From Vicugna vicugna (lineage: Eukaryota), in assembly GCA_013265495.1 (NCBI GenBank), contig MU063048.1:4841302-4905301 (forward strand): a stretch of 64,000 nt of DNA, written 5' to 3'. Both the position numbers and the translations under genes were made by a program. Shown here piece after piece: positions 23,390-33,100 of the stretch (its first letter is position 1; each line of letters opens with the position of its first letter). The notes under the pieces were generated by a model. That model was given only the letters and a program-made list of their open reading frames with translations, did not search any database and had not been told where the DNA came from.

Positions 23390-24335
23390 CTGGGTGGAAG
23401 GAAGAGGGGGGAGGGTAAAATGTAGATCTTTCAGAAAAGAATCTGTGAACTGTATTTCTAAAGGAAAGAACAGTGTTAGGGCTTCAGATTCACAGGGTTG
23501 CCAGAACTGTGGAACAGAAAGATGCCAGGTTTTTGTGAAAGGTGCGTGAGGCTGCAGGACCCCTGGAAAGGGCCCCGCCCACCCAGCGTCTGAAGCGGGA
23601 TAGGTTGGAAGTAGGGGCAGAGCTGTGGGGCGAGGGGCCGCCCACAGAGCACCTCTGGCCATCATTCGATCTGAGATGCTCTGAGGCAAGTTCCCTGAGG
23701 AAGTCCCCTCTGCTCTGCCCACAGGTGGTAGGGCTGAGTCTGAAAGCACAGGTCACTGGGTAAACTGCCCAAGGGGGAAGCGGTCATGACAGGGACACAC
23801 ACGGGGGGCGAGGGCAAACCGGTAGAGAGAGGCCCAAACAGAGGCCCTGAGAGGGAGAGAGAAGAAGAGGGTAGGCGCGAGAGCCTGCGAAAACTTCCCG
23901 GAGAGAAACTTGGAGAGACCGAGTCGGACCGAGATGACAGAGGGAGAAACACTGAAAGGGAAGGGCCCGAGAGAGCCGGGGGAGAGAGTGCAAGTCAGAG
24001 AGGGAGACGCGCCGAAGGGAAAGCGCCCGGAGCGGAGCCGGAGCGAGCACAACGGAGACGCAGGCCCCGGCGCCCGCGGCGCTGCCGGCAGGGGACGAGC
24101 GCCACGCGCGCGGGTCAGCCACGGCGAGGAGGGCTCCGGCGCTCACCGGGGGGCTCCGGCGGAAGCAGAGGCGCCGTCTTTGGACGGCCCCACCGCCGGG
24201 AGAGCCCCCCGCGTCCGACCCCCCGGGTTCCGCGCGCGCCCCACGCGCCTCCCTCAGAGAGACTGAAGCCCCCCCCCTTCCCACAGGGCCTCGCCCGCGT
24301 GCCCCTCCCCGCTGGGGGCCGCAGCCGGGCGCCGG

Positions 24336-24507
24336 NNNNNNNNNNNNNNNNNNNNNNNNNNNNNNNNNNNNNNNNNNNNNNNNNNNNNNNNNNNNNNNNN
24401 NNNNNNNNNNNNNNNNNNNNNNNNNNNNNNNNNNNNNNNNNNNNNNNNNNNNNNNNNNNNNNNNNNNNNNNNNNNNNNNNNNNNNNNNNNNNNNNNNNNN
24501 NNNNNNN
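24336..24507. other. Assembly gap (172 N) inside IRF4 exon 2/intron 2
   Basis: N run within the CpG island that interrupts the coding exon after 58 coding nt. Confidence 0.99.
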
Positions 24508-24565
24508 CGCAGCTCACGGCGCTCATGCCGAAGTCCCCGCCGCGGCCGCTGCCCTCCAGGTTCAT
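24350..24565 (-). CDS. IRF4: IRF4 coding exon 2 (start of IRF DNA-binding domain); 3' part lies in an N gap
   Basis: ATG at 24565-24563 gives MNLEGSGRGGDFGMSAVSC before the gap (24336-24507). The 24350 end is inferred from the 216-nt orthologous coding exon and is not seen. Confidence 0.85.
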
Positions 24566-24627
24566 GCCCCGTGCGCAGACACCGTCCTCCCGCACGCCCG
24601 GGATCCGCCTCCCGCGCTCGCTCTGGG
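24566..24627 (-). other. IRF4: IRF4 exon 2, 5'UTR portion
   Basis: Acceptor CTCTCCCCTGCAG| at 24628, followed by 62 nt of GC-rich leader with no upstream ATG before the start codon. Confidence 0.75.
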
Positions 24628-25612
24628 CTGCAGGGGAGAGGAGGGCCGCCCTCCGGCAATGACCACGAGGCCCCGGAGGCTCTGAGGTGGCGGGGCGAGC
24701 GCTACCGAGTCGGCGTTGCCGACGGCCCCCAGAGAAGGCACCTTCTCAGCGGGCCCGGGCTCCTGCCCTGGGCGCCACAGTCCCGCCGCCTCCCCAGTCC
24801 ACCCTCCTACCCAGCTTTCTGGACTCTCCATTCCTGTGACGCGCCCGCAGCACAAGCGCTGCCCAGACACGCAGCTCTAGCCTTCGCGCGCCCTCGCCGG
24901 TCCAGCCGCCACGACGCGTGGCACTCCGTTTCTGCACTCACTCGTAGTTTCCGCCCCTCCGCCCATTCTCAAGCCGTGGCCAGTCAGGTCCCCTCTTGCT
25001 GTCAGTTTCCACTCTTGCCCACTCCTGAGTTCCCGCTCCCTTGGTGGCCCCGCGTGCCAAGGATCTCGCATCTCAGGTGCGCCGCACCCAACAACTGCTC
25101 CACTCTTTGCCCCAAGAATGCCCTTGAGCCCCAGGCAGCGAGCAAAGATTAAGTGGGTCCCAGGAGCCACAGGCTGCGGAGACTCAGCCTCTTAGCGGGA
25201 GACCCCCGCGCGCAGAGCGTCAGCGGGACATAAACCGGGAAGCCACGAGCCGGAGGCCCCGGTGAGTCTGAGCTCCTCAAGAACGAGAGGCAGAAGAAGC
25301 CTCGGGAGTAAGGGCTGTCCCCCGCGGGAAAGCCTGGCAGCTCCACCTCGGCCAGTCCTGGGCCCCCGTTACCCCACGCGGTCCGGCGCGTGGCCTCCTC
25401 GGGCCCGGGCTGGGTCGGCCCAAGGACGGCGGGGCCAAGCGGGAGTCCCCGGGGTGGGCGTCGGGGCTCCCTCGAGGGTCGTGCTCCCTCCCGGCTCCGA
25501 AGCTGGGGTGCCCTGCGCTGCCCTCGAGATGGACCCCAGGACCTCTGGTCTCTCGCCGGGCTCGCTGTGATGCCCTGCTCGCAGCGATGCTCCTGCCCGA
25601 CCCAGGTCTTAC

Positions 25613-25682
25613 CTCGCCCCGGACTCGGAGTTGAGGGCCGCACTGAGCCCCACGTTCAAGCAGTGAAACTAACCCGCGAGGT
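25613..25682 (-). other. IRF4: IRF4 exon 1 (non-coding 5'UTR)
   Basis: Minus strand reads ACCTCGCGGGTTAGTTTCAC...TCCGAGTCCGGGGCGAG|GTAAGA. This resembles the human IRF4 mRNA 5' end as I recall it, with a strong donor at 25612. The 5' boundary is approximate (about 25672-25682). Confidence 0.85.
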
Positions 25683-25684
25683 GG

Positions 25685-25701
25685 GAAAGAGGAACTTTAT
25701 A
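25685..25701. promoter_or_regulatory. Overlapping PU.1 (PU-box) motif and TATA-like element at the IRF4 core promoter
   Basis: Plus-strand GAAAGAGGAACTT (25685-25697) is a canonical PU-box. Minus-strand TATAAAG is at 25701-25695. Confidence 0.65.
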
Positions 25702-25719
25702 AGCTTAAAAGCCCCGCTC

Positions 25720-25806
25720 GGGGCGGGGCCTGGGGCGGGGCGAGCCTGCTGCGCCCGCGGGCGGGACACGGGCCGGGGCGGGGCCGGGCCGGGGCGGGGC
25801 TGGGGG
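25720..25806. promoter_or_regulatory. GC-box (Sp/KLF) cluster with G-quadruplex potential
   Basis: Repeated GGGGCGGGGC/GGGCCGGG runs immediately upstream of the TATA-like element. Confidence 0.7.
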
Positions 25807-25943
25807 CTGGCGGCCCCGAGCCCAGCGCGTGGCGAAGGGTGGGGGGGCCGCGGGCGGCGAGCTGGGCCCGCAGCAGAGCCTGGGGCGGGCTGGGGACGCA
25901 CCACGCGTTGGGCGCACCGGTCCGGGAACTTCACTCGGGCGGT

Positions 25944-25953
25944 TTCCTGCGAA
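25944..25953. promoter_or_regulatory. STAT6-type site TTC-N4-GAA in the IRF4 proximal promoter
   Basis: TTCCTGCGAA about 270 bp upstream of the TSS. IRF4 is an established IL-4/STAT6-inducible gene, but this is a motif match only. Confidence 0.45.
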
Positions 25954-27022
25954 GGGCAAGGCGCGAATAGGGACCTCGCCTCCGCGCTGGGGCTGCAGGA
26001 GGCCCGCGGGTTAACTAGGAACAGCGAAAAGACGGCAGCGCTGCCGAGGCGGGAAGTGGGGGGCGTGAAGGAGCCGGAATTTGGTGCGACGGGGGCTTGG
26101 CCTGCAGAGCGCTGTGACCAAAGACGGAGGGCTGCCCACCTCGAAGAACTGTGAGTGGGTGGGGGGCACCCTGGCACCGCCGCTGTCACCGAGGCCCCGC
26201 CCCTCCACGGTATTTACAGAACATCGTACTTGTTGAAAAGAAGAAAGGAAACGGCCCGGATCCCTTGAGCTACAAACTGCCGCGCACACGCCGTCTGCAC
26301 GTTCGAGAAGCTCACAGACCTCTGCGTCTCGGGCAGGTGGATGGAGGTGACTCAGACGGCGCACGGTGCCCAGTGCCCAGAGTTCTAGCTACGCCGCGGG
26401 GAAGAGCGGGGAGAGTCTCCAAGTACCTAGTGGCTCCTGGGCTGCAGCTCCCCTCACAGGGACCTAGTTTTAACCTCAGCCGATAGGAGACAACTTACCA
26501 GCGGGGCATGAACGTCCGGAGTAGGACTCACATTTAAGTGGAGCAATTTTCCCTGATTCTCCAAAATCTCCTTAGTATCAAAATTAACTCCCCGAGCACC
26601 TGCCCACTCGACTCCCCCCAGAGCATCTCGGATGCTTTGGCACGTTTGTGTTGTAGGTAGCGATTTCAGCTAAACCGTCAGATCACTGGTTTCTGTATGA
26701 TTTTAGACCACCACCACCCCAGGTCAACTTGCAACTTTTGAAAAACTTTTGATTTCACTTATTTCTCAGTTTTTCTTTTAATCTTGTGTATTGGCCCACT
26801 GTCTCCTACCCAAAGAACCAACTAAGTTAAGGCTGGAACAAAACAGGCAAGAGGCACAGAGTGACATGCTTTTCCTCAAACCAGAGACTTTCTCAGAAAT
26901 TAACAGGATGCCACACTTTTATTCAGTCAAGTTAAGTTTTCCATTATCAGAGTCTCTGTAATAAACAACAGGGTTTTTTCAAAGAAATTTCTGGCCGCAG
27001 CCTGTTTTTCTTCCTTTCTTCT

Positions 27023-27140
27023 TTCATTGATCCGTTCATTCAACAAATATTTTCTGAGCACCTGCTACCTGTCAGGAGCCGTTGGAAGCACTCGGGACAC
27101 TTCAGCGAGCAAGGTGAAGACTGCTGCCTCCACGTGGCTT
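27023..27140 (-). mobile_element. L2 3' end fragment
   Basis: TTCATTCAACAAATATTTTCTGAGCACCTGCTACCTGTCAGG is the classic reverse L2 terminus. Confidence 0.75.
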
Positions 27141-30100
27141 TGCATTTTAATCAGTGACTTGCTTTTCCCCAAAGTGCTCACAACCAACAGACGAGAGGTC
27201 GTTAAGAACAAAAACGACAGACTAGAGCTTTTCGCACTTTCGCACACGTGTCCTCGGCCCGGGCTTAGTCGTTCGAACACTCCCCTCGCTCGCCACTTGC
27301 AGACGCTGAAAACCACGCTGACCCTGCCTTAAGCTGTGATCGCTAACCTTCAACGCCATCTTCTGGCTTACTCCTTTGCCATATTGATCTCCTGGAAGTG
27401 ATACAGATTTTTCACGATGAGGTGGATACAAAGAATTATGTGTCTTGATCACTAAACCTCCCGATGCCCTGTTCTCCGGGGAGCGAGGGGGTGGCAGGAA
27501 GGCGCTGCCTGGTGCTCACCAAAGACTTTTACATCTTAGTCATAGTTGAAACAGAAAGGACAGAAGCTTCTATGGTTGACCCTCCCCCACACACTTGAGA
27601 AAATCAAAGTGCTCCCCAGGAGAAGCCTGGACATCATCTTCACCTGTCACAGCTCACCAGCAAGTGAAAGCAAATAGGAAATCAGTCCACTGAATGCTGT
27701 GGACACAAAAGCTGGTCGTCGCACTCTGCGAGGAGGCTATCTGCCCACGTTCGAGTGCTGTTCAGTGGAGCCCCATCTGAAGGGAGCTGTCCAATTTGCA
27801 TTTCACATTTATTGTAAGGAAACTGTAAGAAAAGTTGAATTTACCTAAATTCAGTATTTTAAAAATCAATCTTTTAAAATTGTACATTCACGTGCTAGAA
27901 AAATGTTTCAGAAAAACTCATGCTAGACACACACCAAAAAATACTGAGACCTTGTTTTGGCTAAAACTACTTTCTCACAAATTCATCCTTTAAAAAGGGG
28001 TGAGATTATACTGTATTAAAAACAGTGCAACTATATCATTGAAAAAGCTTAAGGGGCAGTAATTTTTAGTTACTTGTAAAAAAGCAGGACAATACTAAGA
28101 ATGTTTTATTGTTGTGATGTAATTTATATAAGATAAATGTCTCCTCTAATGCTTTTTGGCTGAACACACATGCAGTATTAATTATTACCTTTGCCCATGG
28201 CATCCTGTGTGGCAGGATTATGCTATTGTTGGATTATTTATTGTTATGTAAGTAGTGATGTATACTGTGCAACTGTACAGCAGTACACAGTGTGCTGTCC
28301 GAGAGTAACACGCTGCAGTGCCCCACACAGCACCCGACCGCGCTTCAGCGATGGAGGGCTCGTGTGTCACAGTGCGAGTGTGCTGCAGCACTGCGTGACG
28401 CGCAGTAGGGTATTACAGTGCTAACCGTTGTGCAACACTGTAGGACATCATTATCGTCTGCGGTTATTGACAGTTAAGTGCTCAGGCGTGGGGTCAGCGA
28501 GACTGGCTCCGATCTGTGAGGACTGTCGACTGAAGCCTCACCGTCCTGTCTCCGACAGAGGCAGTGCCTTCGCTGCCTCCAGCCCCGGGGCCAACGGGAG
28601 GGCGCTGAGCACACGTCTGGGGCGTCCCGTGCTCGGTTGTTGCTTATGCTGTGCTCGACATTTCGGGATGTTTCATGGACTTTGTCTCATTTGACCCCCC
28701 ACCCCTAGGACAGGGCAGGCAGTGCTCAGGCCCCACCCTGGGCCGCCGTGGGCCATGGCCTGGGCCCCGTTCTGACCAGCCAGCGGTCCTTCACCCTGGT
28801 CTGCAGGCGTCTGGCTGCCTGCGGCGACAGTATCTCAGAATCAGCCTCCGAGTGCAGGCCTGCCAGCCTGGAGGGGACACTTCTACACTGGCCCGGCTCT
28901 GTCCGGGGTTGGGGGGTGACAGGCAGGCCTTCCGACCTTCTCGGCTGTGCCACCAGGCAGCCCCTGGACCTTCTTCCAGCCCTAGCTAGCTGTTTTCTTC
29001 CTTCCGCTCTTGGAACCAGTGGCCTTTTTGGTTATGCTGAGTTCAGAGTAAGAGAAGCTGCATTTTTTAAAGCCACTGACCTAACCACTGGCCCCCACTT
29101 CTTCCTCCAAAGCCGTATTCACACTGAGGAAACAAGGGAGCTGTCCTGACTCCCAGCCACTGCCCTCGAGTGTTTAATCCTCTGGGAAAACCTAACCTAT
29201 AAGCCACTTGTGCAGGAGAGGAGTTGGGATAGAATGCTGTCTGGGAAAGAAATTAGTGTTAAATGCTGTCCCAGCACACCCGGATTAAAGGGTGGTGGAC
29301 AAATCCCTGGCAATGCCAACGCGGCACTCAGATCTGGATCTTTTTGTACAGAGCTGTGTTCACTTTCCTAATTTAGTTCGCAGAGTGCCCTGAGCTTCAG
29401 TGAAGGAGCTTTGCAGAGGAGCCTGGAGGGCTCCCAGAGCTCAGCCACGGCAGCAGGAGTGACCTCCCCACTCTGGGCAGGTTGGAAGCTGGGTTGTGAT
29501 TTCAGTCAGTTATGCAGTAGAAAGTCAGGGAGTCAAAGACACTGTGTGAACAGCTGTCCCTTGTCTCCTCCTCTGGCCAGTGTTCTGAGAAGTGTCCTGT
29601 GACGCATCCTTTCTCTGACTCTACGTAAGCTTTAACAAGGGACCTCTTGATTCTGCGAACTCCCTTCTCCAAGTCAACAGAAGTGCGAGGTGTTTGCAAT
29701 GACTTTGGGCAATTTTCTGAAAATTGAAGAAAGAGGTGAAAAGCCAGTTCCACTCATTTGCGGCAGTCCCTGAGGCTGGGCTTTCCTCAAGTTTGTTTGT
29801 CCACCCTCCTCCAGGCTGGACGTGGTGGGACATGCTGTCACCTGTCACACAGGAAGTGCCACTTCTGAGACTCGAGGGCCCTGTGGGTGGCAGGGTGTGT
29901 CTTCGGGAAAGGCTGCAGATCTCAGGGGCTTGGAGCCACGCAGGGCTGCCTCTTATTCACAGGAGCCATTCACTGCTGACCGTCACCACTCTGAGAATTC
30001 AGGCCAACAAAGCTGCATGTATCCAGAACAGTCCTGGTCACATGACATGGAGAAGGGGTGCAGGGAGGGCCACGCGGTGTTCCCTGAGCTTTCTCTCCAG

Positions 30101-33100
30101 TGACTCATGCTCCCCCATCACAAGGTGAGAGCTCTGCTGGAGAACAGACTGCCTGGTGAGCCTGGGGAGGCCGGAGAGGGAAGAAAGGCCAGGGGCCCCG
30201 GGAGGCCCCAGGGAGAGCAGGGGGCTCTGGGACAAGGACGCGTGAAGGGGGGGTTAGAGGGGACGGCGTGCAGGAGGGTGGATGTGGTACAGCGAGCTTG
30301 GAGCTAAAATTACTGGAGTTTCCAGGCTCAGAGATGGGGGAGGGTGTGACCAAGACCCAAACAAAGAAGTGTGGGGGAGGAGCAGACTTGTGTGGGACAA
30401 GACAGGGTGCTGGGGGCACGCCTCCCACCTGGCCTCCACGAGTGACCCCACTCCTAATCACCACCGGGCTCCCTGAGGCTGCATCCTGCTGAGGACACCT
30501 GTGGTGTGAGGTCCCACTCCTCCTGCCACCTCTTCCAGGCTGAGCACCCCGTCCCCTTCCGTGTGGCCTTCTCTCTCTCCTCCTGGGCACCATCTTCTCT
30601 GCATGTGCCCAGCACCTCCCGGGCCTTGTGGGGTGTTCAGTCCTGCCTCTCTGGCCTGAAGGTACTTCAGCACCCTCAGAGCCATGTCCACGACCGCCTG
30701 CCTGCCTGGGTCCTGCTGGTCTCGGTGGGCGAGACTGAGGTTCCCGCTCACCCCCAGCCGGGCTGGCTAGCAACATGACACCCATGACCAGCCAGGAGGA
30801 GCAGCAGGGCAGAGTCTGGGGGGCACATGTTGTCTGGCAGAAGAGGAGCCCCTGCCTCGTCTTCAAGTACGAGGAGCACCAGCCTTCGAAGGAGATGAGG
30901 GCCGCTCCTGCCGACTGAGCTTCAGGGCCGCCGACTCCGCAGCACGTCCACTGCGTGGCTGGGCCTTTGTCCTCACCTACTCGTCCCTCTTCACTGAGAT
31001 GCAGTAGGCCCCCTCCCCTCAGCCTGTGGAGGGCAGGGCACGTCTCCCGAAGGGCAGTGGAGCAGAAAAACCCCTGTTCCAAGCAGGGCAAGGGGGCCTG
31101 AGGGCCAGGCAAGCAGCCAGACCGAGCCGGTGCGGGAACTGGGGGGAGGTGGGCACGGTGGTGCCTGGAGCGGGTGGAGGAGCCGCTGGCTGGGAAGCAC
31201 CTGTCCCCCTGCCGCTTGGGGAGATTCTCCGCAGGCATCTTAGGCTGGAAATCATTGGTGCCTTATCTATGAGACAGCCTCTGACACAACAGATTAAGTG
31301 CTTTATACGCGTTAACTAATTTTAGCAAGAGTCCAAAGCTTTACCTTGGATTTTAGGCAACTCAAAAAAATCCTCTTTCAACTCCTCTCCACATACGTTT
31401 AGCTCACAAAAATCGGAGCACATTTTCTATATAATGTTCTAAACTTTCATTTCTGAATGCAGATGACTGATTCGGTTTCAGAAGTGTGGGAGGGCTACCC
31501 GGCCAAGCCAGGAGGCAGTTTGATTGAGGGGCTCAAATACATGTTCTCCACCTCTCTTGCCCGGCACCCCACGCTGCGGAAGCGGGCACCCCTGGAAGCG
31601 TGCTGTGGGACGGCTGCTTTGACTCGGAACTGGAGCAAGGGCTGGCCCGCGGAGAGGGGCCTCCCCACCAAGGCAGCTGCTGCCCGCAAACCACACTGTC
31701 CGAGCCCTAAAACTTTCTTGGGACACAGAGGCCGGTTCCGTCCTGCCCCACCTGGGCTCGTGGCCGGAGACAGACCTGCCCCCAGACATGTTCTGCCCTT
31801 TCCGAGCTCAGGGGTGCGTCCACCGGCAGCCTCGTTCCAGCACTTCAGACAGGCTCAGGGGTGCGTTTGAAAATGGTTTCTCTGGTCAGCGTGGCAGTGA
31901 GGCCAGAGTTCTGACTCCGTCTTGGAGATGAACACCAGTGATCGAGGGGTTGTCAGAGGCACTGATGTCCTCAGAACCAGCTGGTCAGTGAGGCTAGCCC
32001 TTGGCCACACACTTTGCTGATGTCCGCAGCCCCCTGGCTTCTGACCTTTCACCCAGCCTTTCTGCCAGGCCCCTAGGACCGTCGCTTGCTCCCCTCCGCA
32101 TGCTCCCTCTGTCCCTCGGCCCCAGGGAAGCACAGTCACACATGTTCACATGGTGCCTGAGCTGCTGAGCTGCCGAGCTGCCCACCTGCCCCCGGCTGCC
32201 TCCCCTACAGAGGAGCCGAGGCGCCTCCTGCCCCTACATGTGCTGGTCCACATGCTGCAAGGTGAGAAGGGAGGGGTGGCTGGAGGTGCCCACTCACAGT
32301 CAGGCCCAGATGCCCGGTAAAATGTGTGTTTTGGACCCCCTGGCCGTTTCCTCTTCAACTTTCAAAGTTCTGGAAGGTGCGTGGGGGCAGGGTAGTCAGA
32401 CAAGCAAGGCACTCTGGCCCCGGGGAGCAGACAGGGACAGTCTGCACACTGACACATGCTGGACTTTCTCAAAAGGCATCAGTTTTGTTTTGTCAGTTGT
32501 TCTTAAGGCCCATCAGACAGCACCAGATTTAACGGCCCTACATGTGAACAGCAGAGGACAGCTCTGCTGGGACGGGGCTGAGGCCGCCAGCGAGAGGTGT
32601 GCTGCCCTCCCTCCTGACCCGAGGGCCTGGTGGTCCTCCTCCTCTCCCCATGCTGGGCCCTTCTGTGTGGCCCCAGCGCCTGGGAGGGGAGCCCTCTGAA
32701 CTCCTGCAGCCCCTCCCTCCCTGGCACCCAGCACCCACAAGACTCTCCGTCGCTGCTGAGCCAGCCTGTGTCCCTCATCCCATTTAAACTGAAATTTCTG
32801 TTTTGAAACTCCCTTCAGAAATTCCCTTTCTCTTCTAAACGATGTGCTTTTTCTTTCAACTCTGCAAAATCATCCTTCAAAGCCAGTAGGCAGTGCCTTT
32901 TGAACAAACCCCTGGAATGGTCTGCTCGTCTGCTCGCTGAATTCAGCTCTCTGTTTTATTGTCTGTCAATTGTGAAAAGGAACTGACTTACACGGAAGGG
33001 AAGGCCTCAGAAGGGCGATGCTGTGAACCCTTAATGCAGCTGCTTTGGCAGATGTGTTTGCTTTTATCCTGGACAAAGTGTCACCTTCGTCCCTGAGGGC

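Larger units (their letters stand above)
9565..25682 (-). other. IRF4: IRF4 gene span (9 exons; approximate TSS to approximate poly(A) site)
   Basis: Spliced minus-strand exons translate to a protein recognisable as IRF4 throughout. All visible introns have GT-AG ends and exon phases are consistent. The ends are approximate, inferred from the TATA-like element and an AATAAA. Confidence 0.97.
23900..26450. promoter_or_regulatory. IRF4: CpG island covering the IRF4 promoter, exon 1, intron 1 and exon 2
   Basis: Very high GC and dense CpG by inspection, with multiple GGGGCGGGGC boxes at 25720-25806. Boundaries are approximate. Confidence 0.85.

Noticed and set aside
24566-24595. Upstream GTG giving a 10-aa N-terminal extension (MREDGVCARG)
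   Set aside because: Near-cognate codon in weak context (+4 C); no evidence of use, and the extension does not resemble known IRF4.
23784-24685. ~290-300-aa ORFs on both strands across the CpG island
   Set aside because: They span the N gap and are shadows of very high GC content; the real coding frame is IRF4 exon 2.
26890-26986. GAS motifs TTCTCAGAA and TTCAAAGAA (others at 39, 29583, 47957, 50188, 58182)
   Set aside because: TTC-N3-GAA is expected roughly 15 times per 64 kb by chance; not supportable without conservation or ChIP data.
30105-31238. 377-aa minus-strand ORF (and the 330-aa ORF at 53894-54886 and 261-aa ORF at 58229-59014)
   Set aside because: Pro/Gly/Arg/Ala-rich low-complexity translations with no recognisable domain or splice structure. 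Long stop-free frames are expected in GC-rich DNA.
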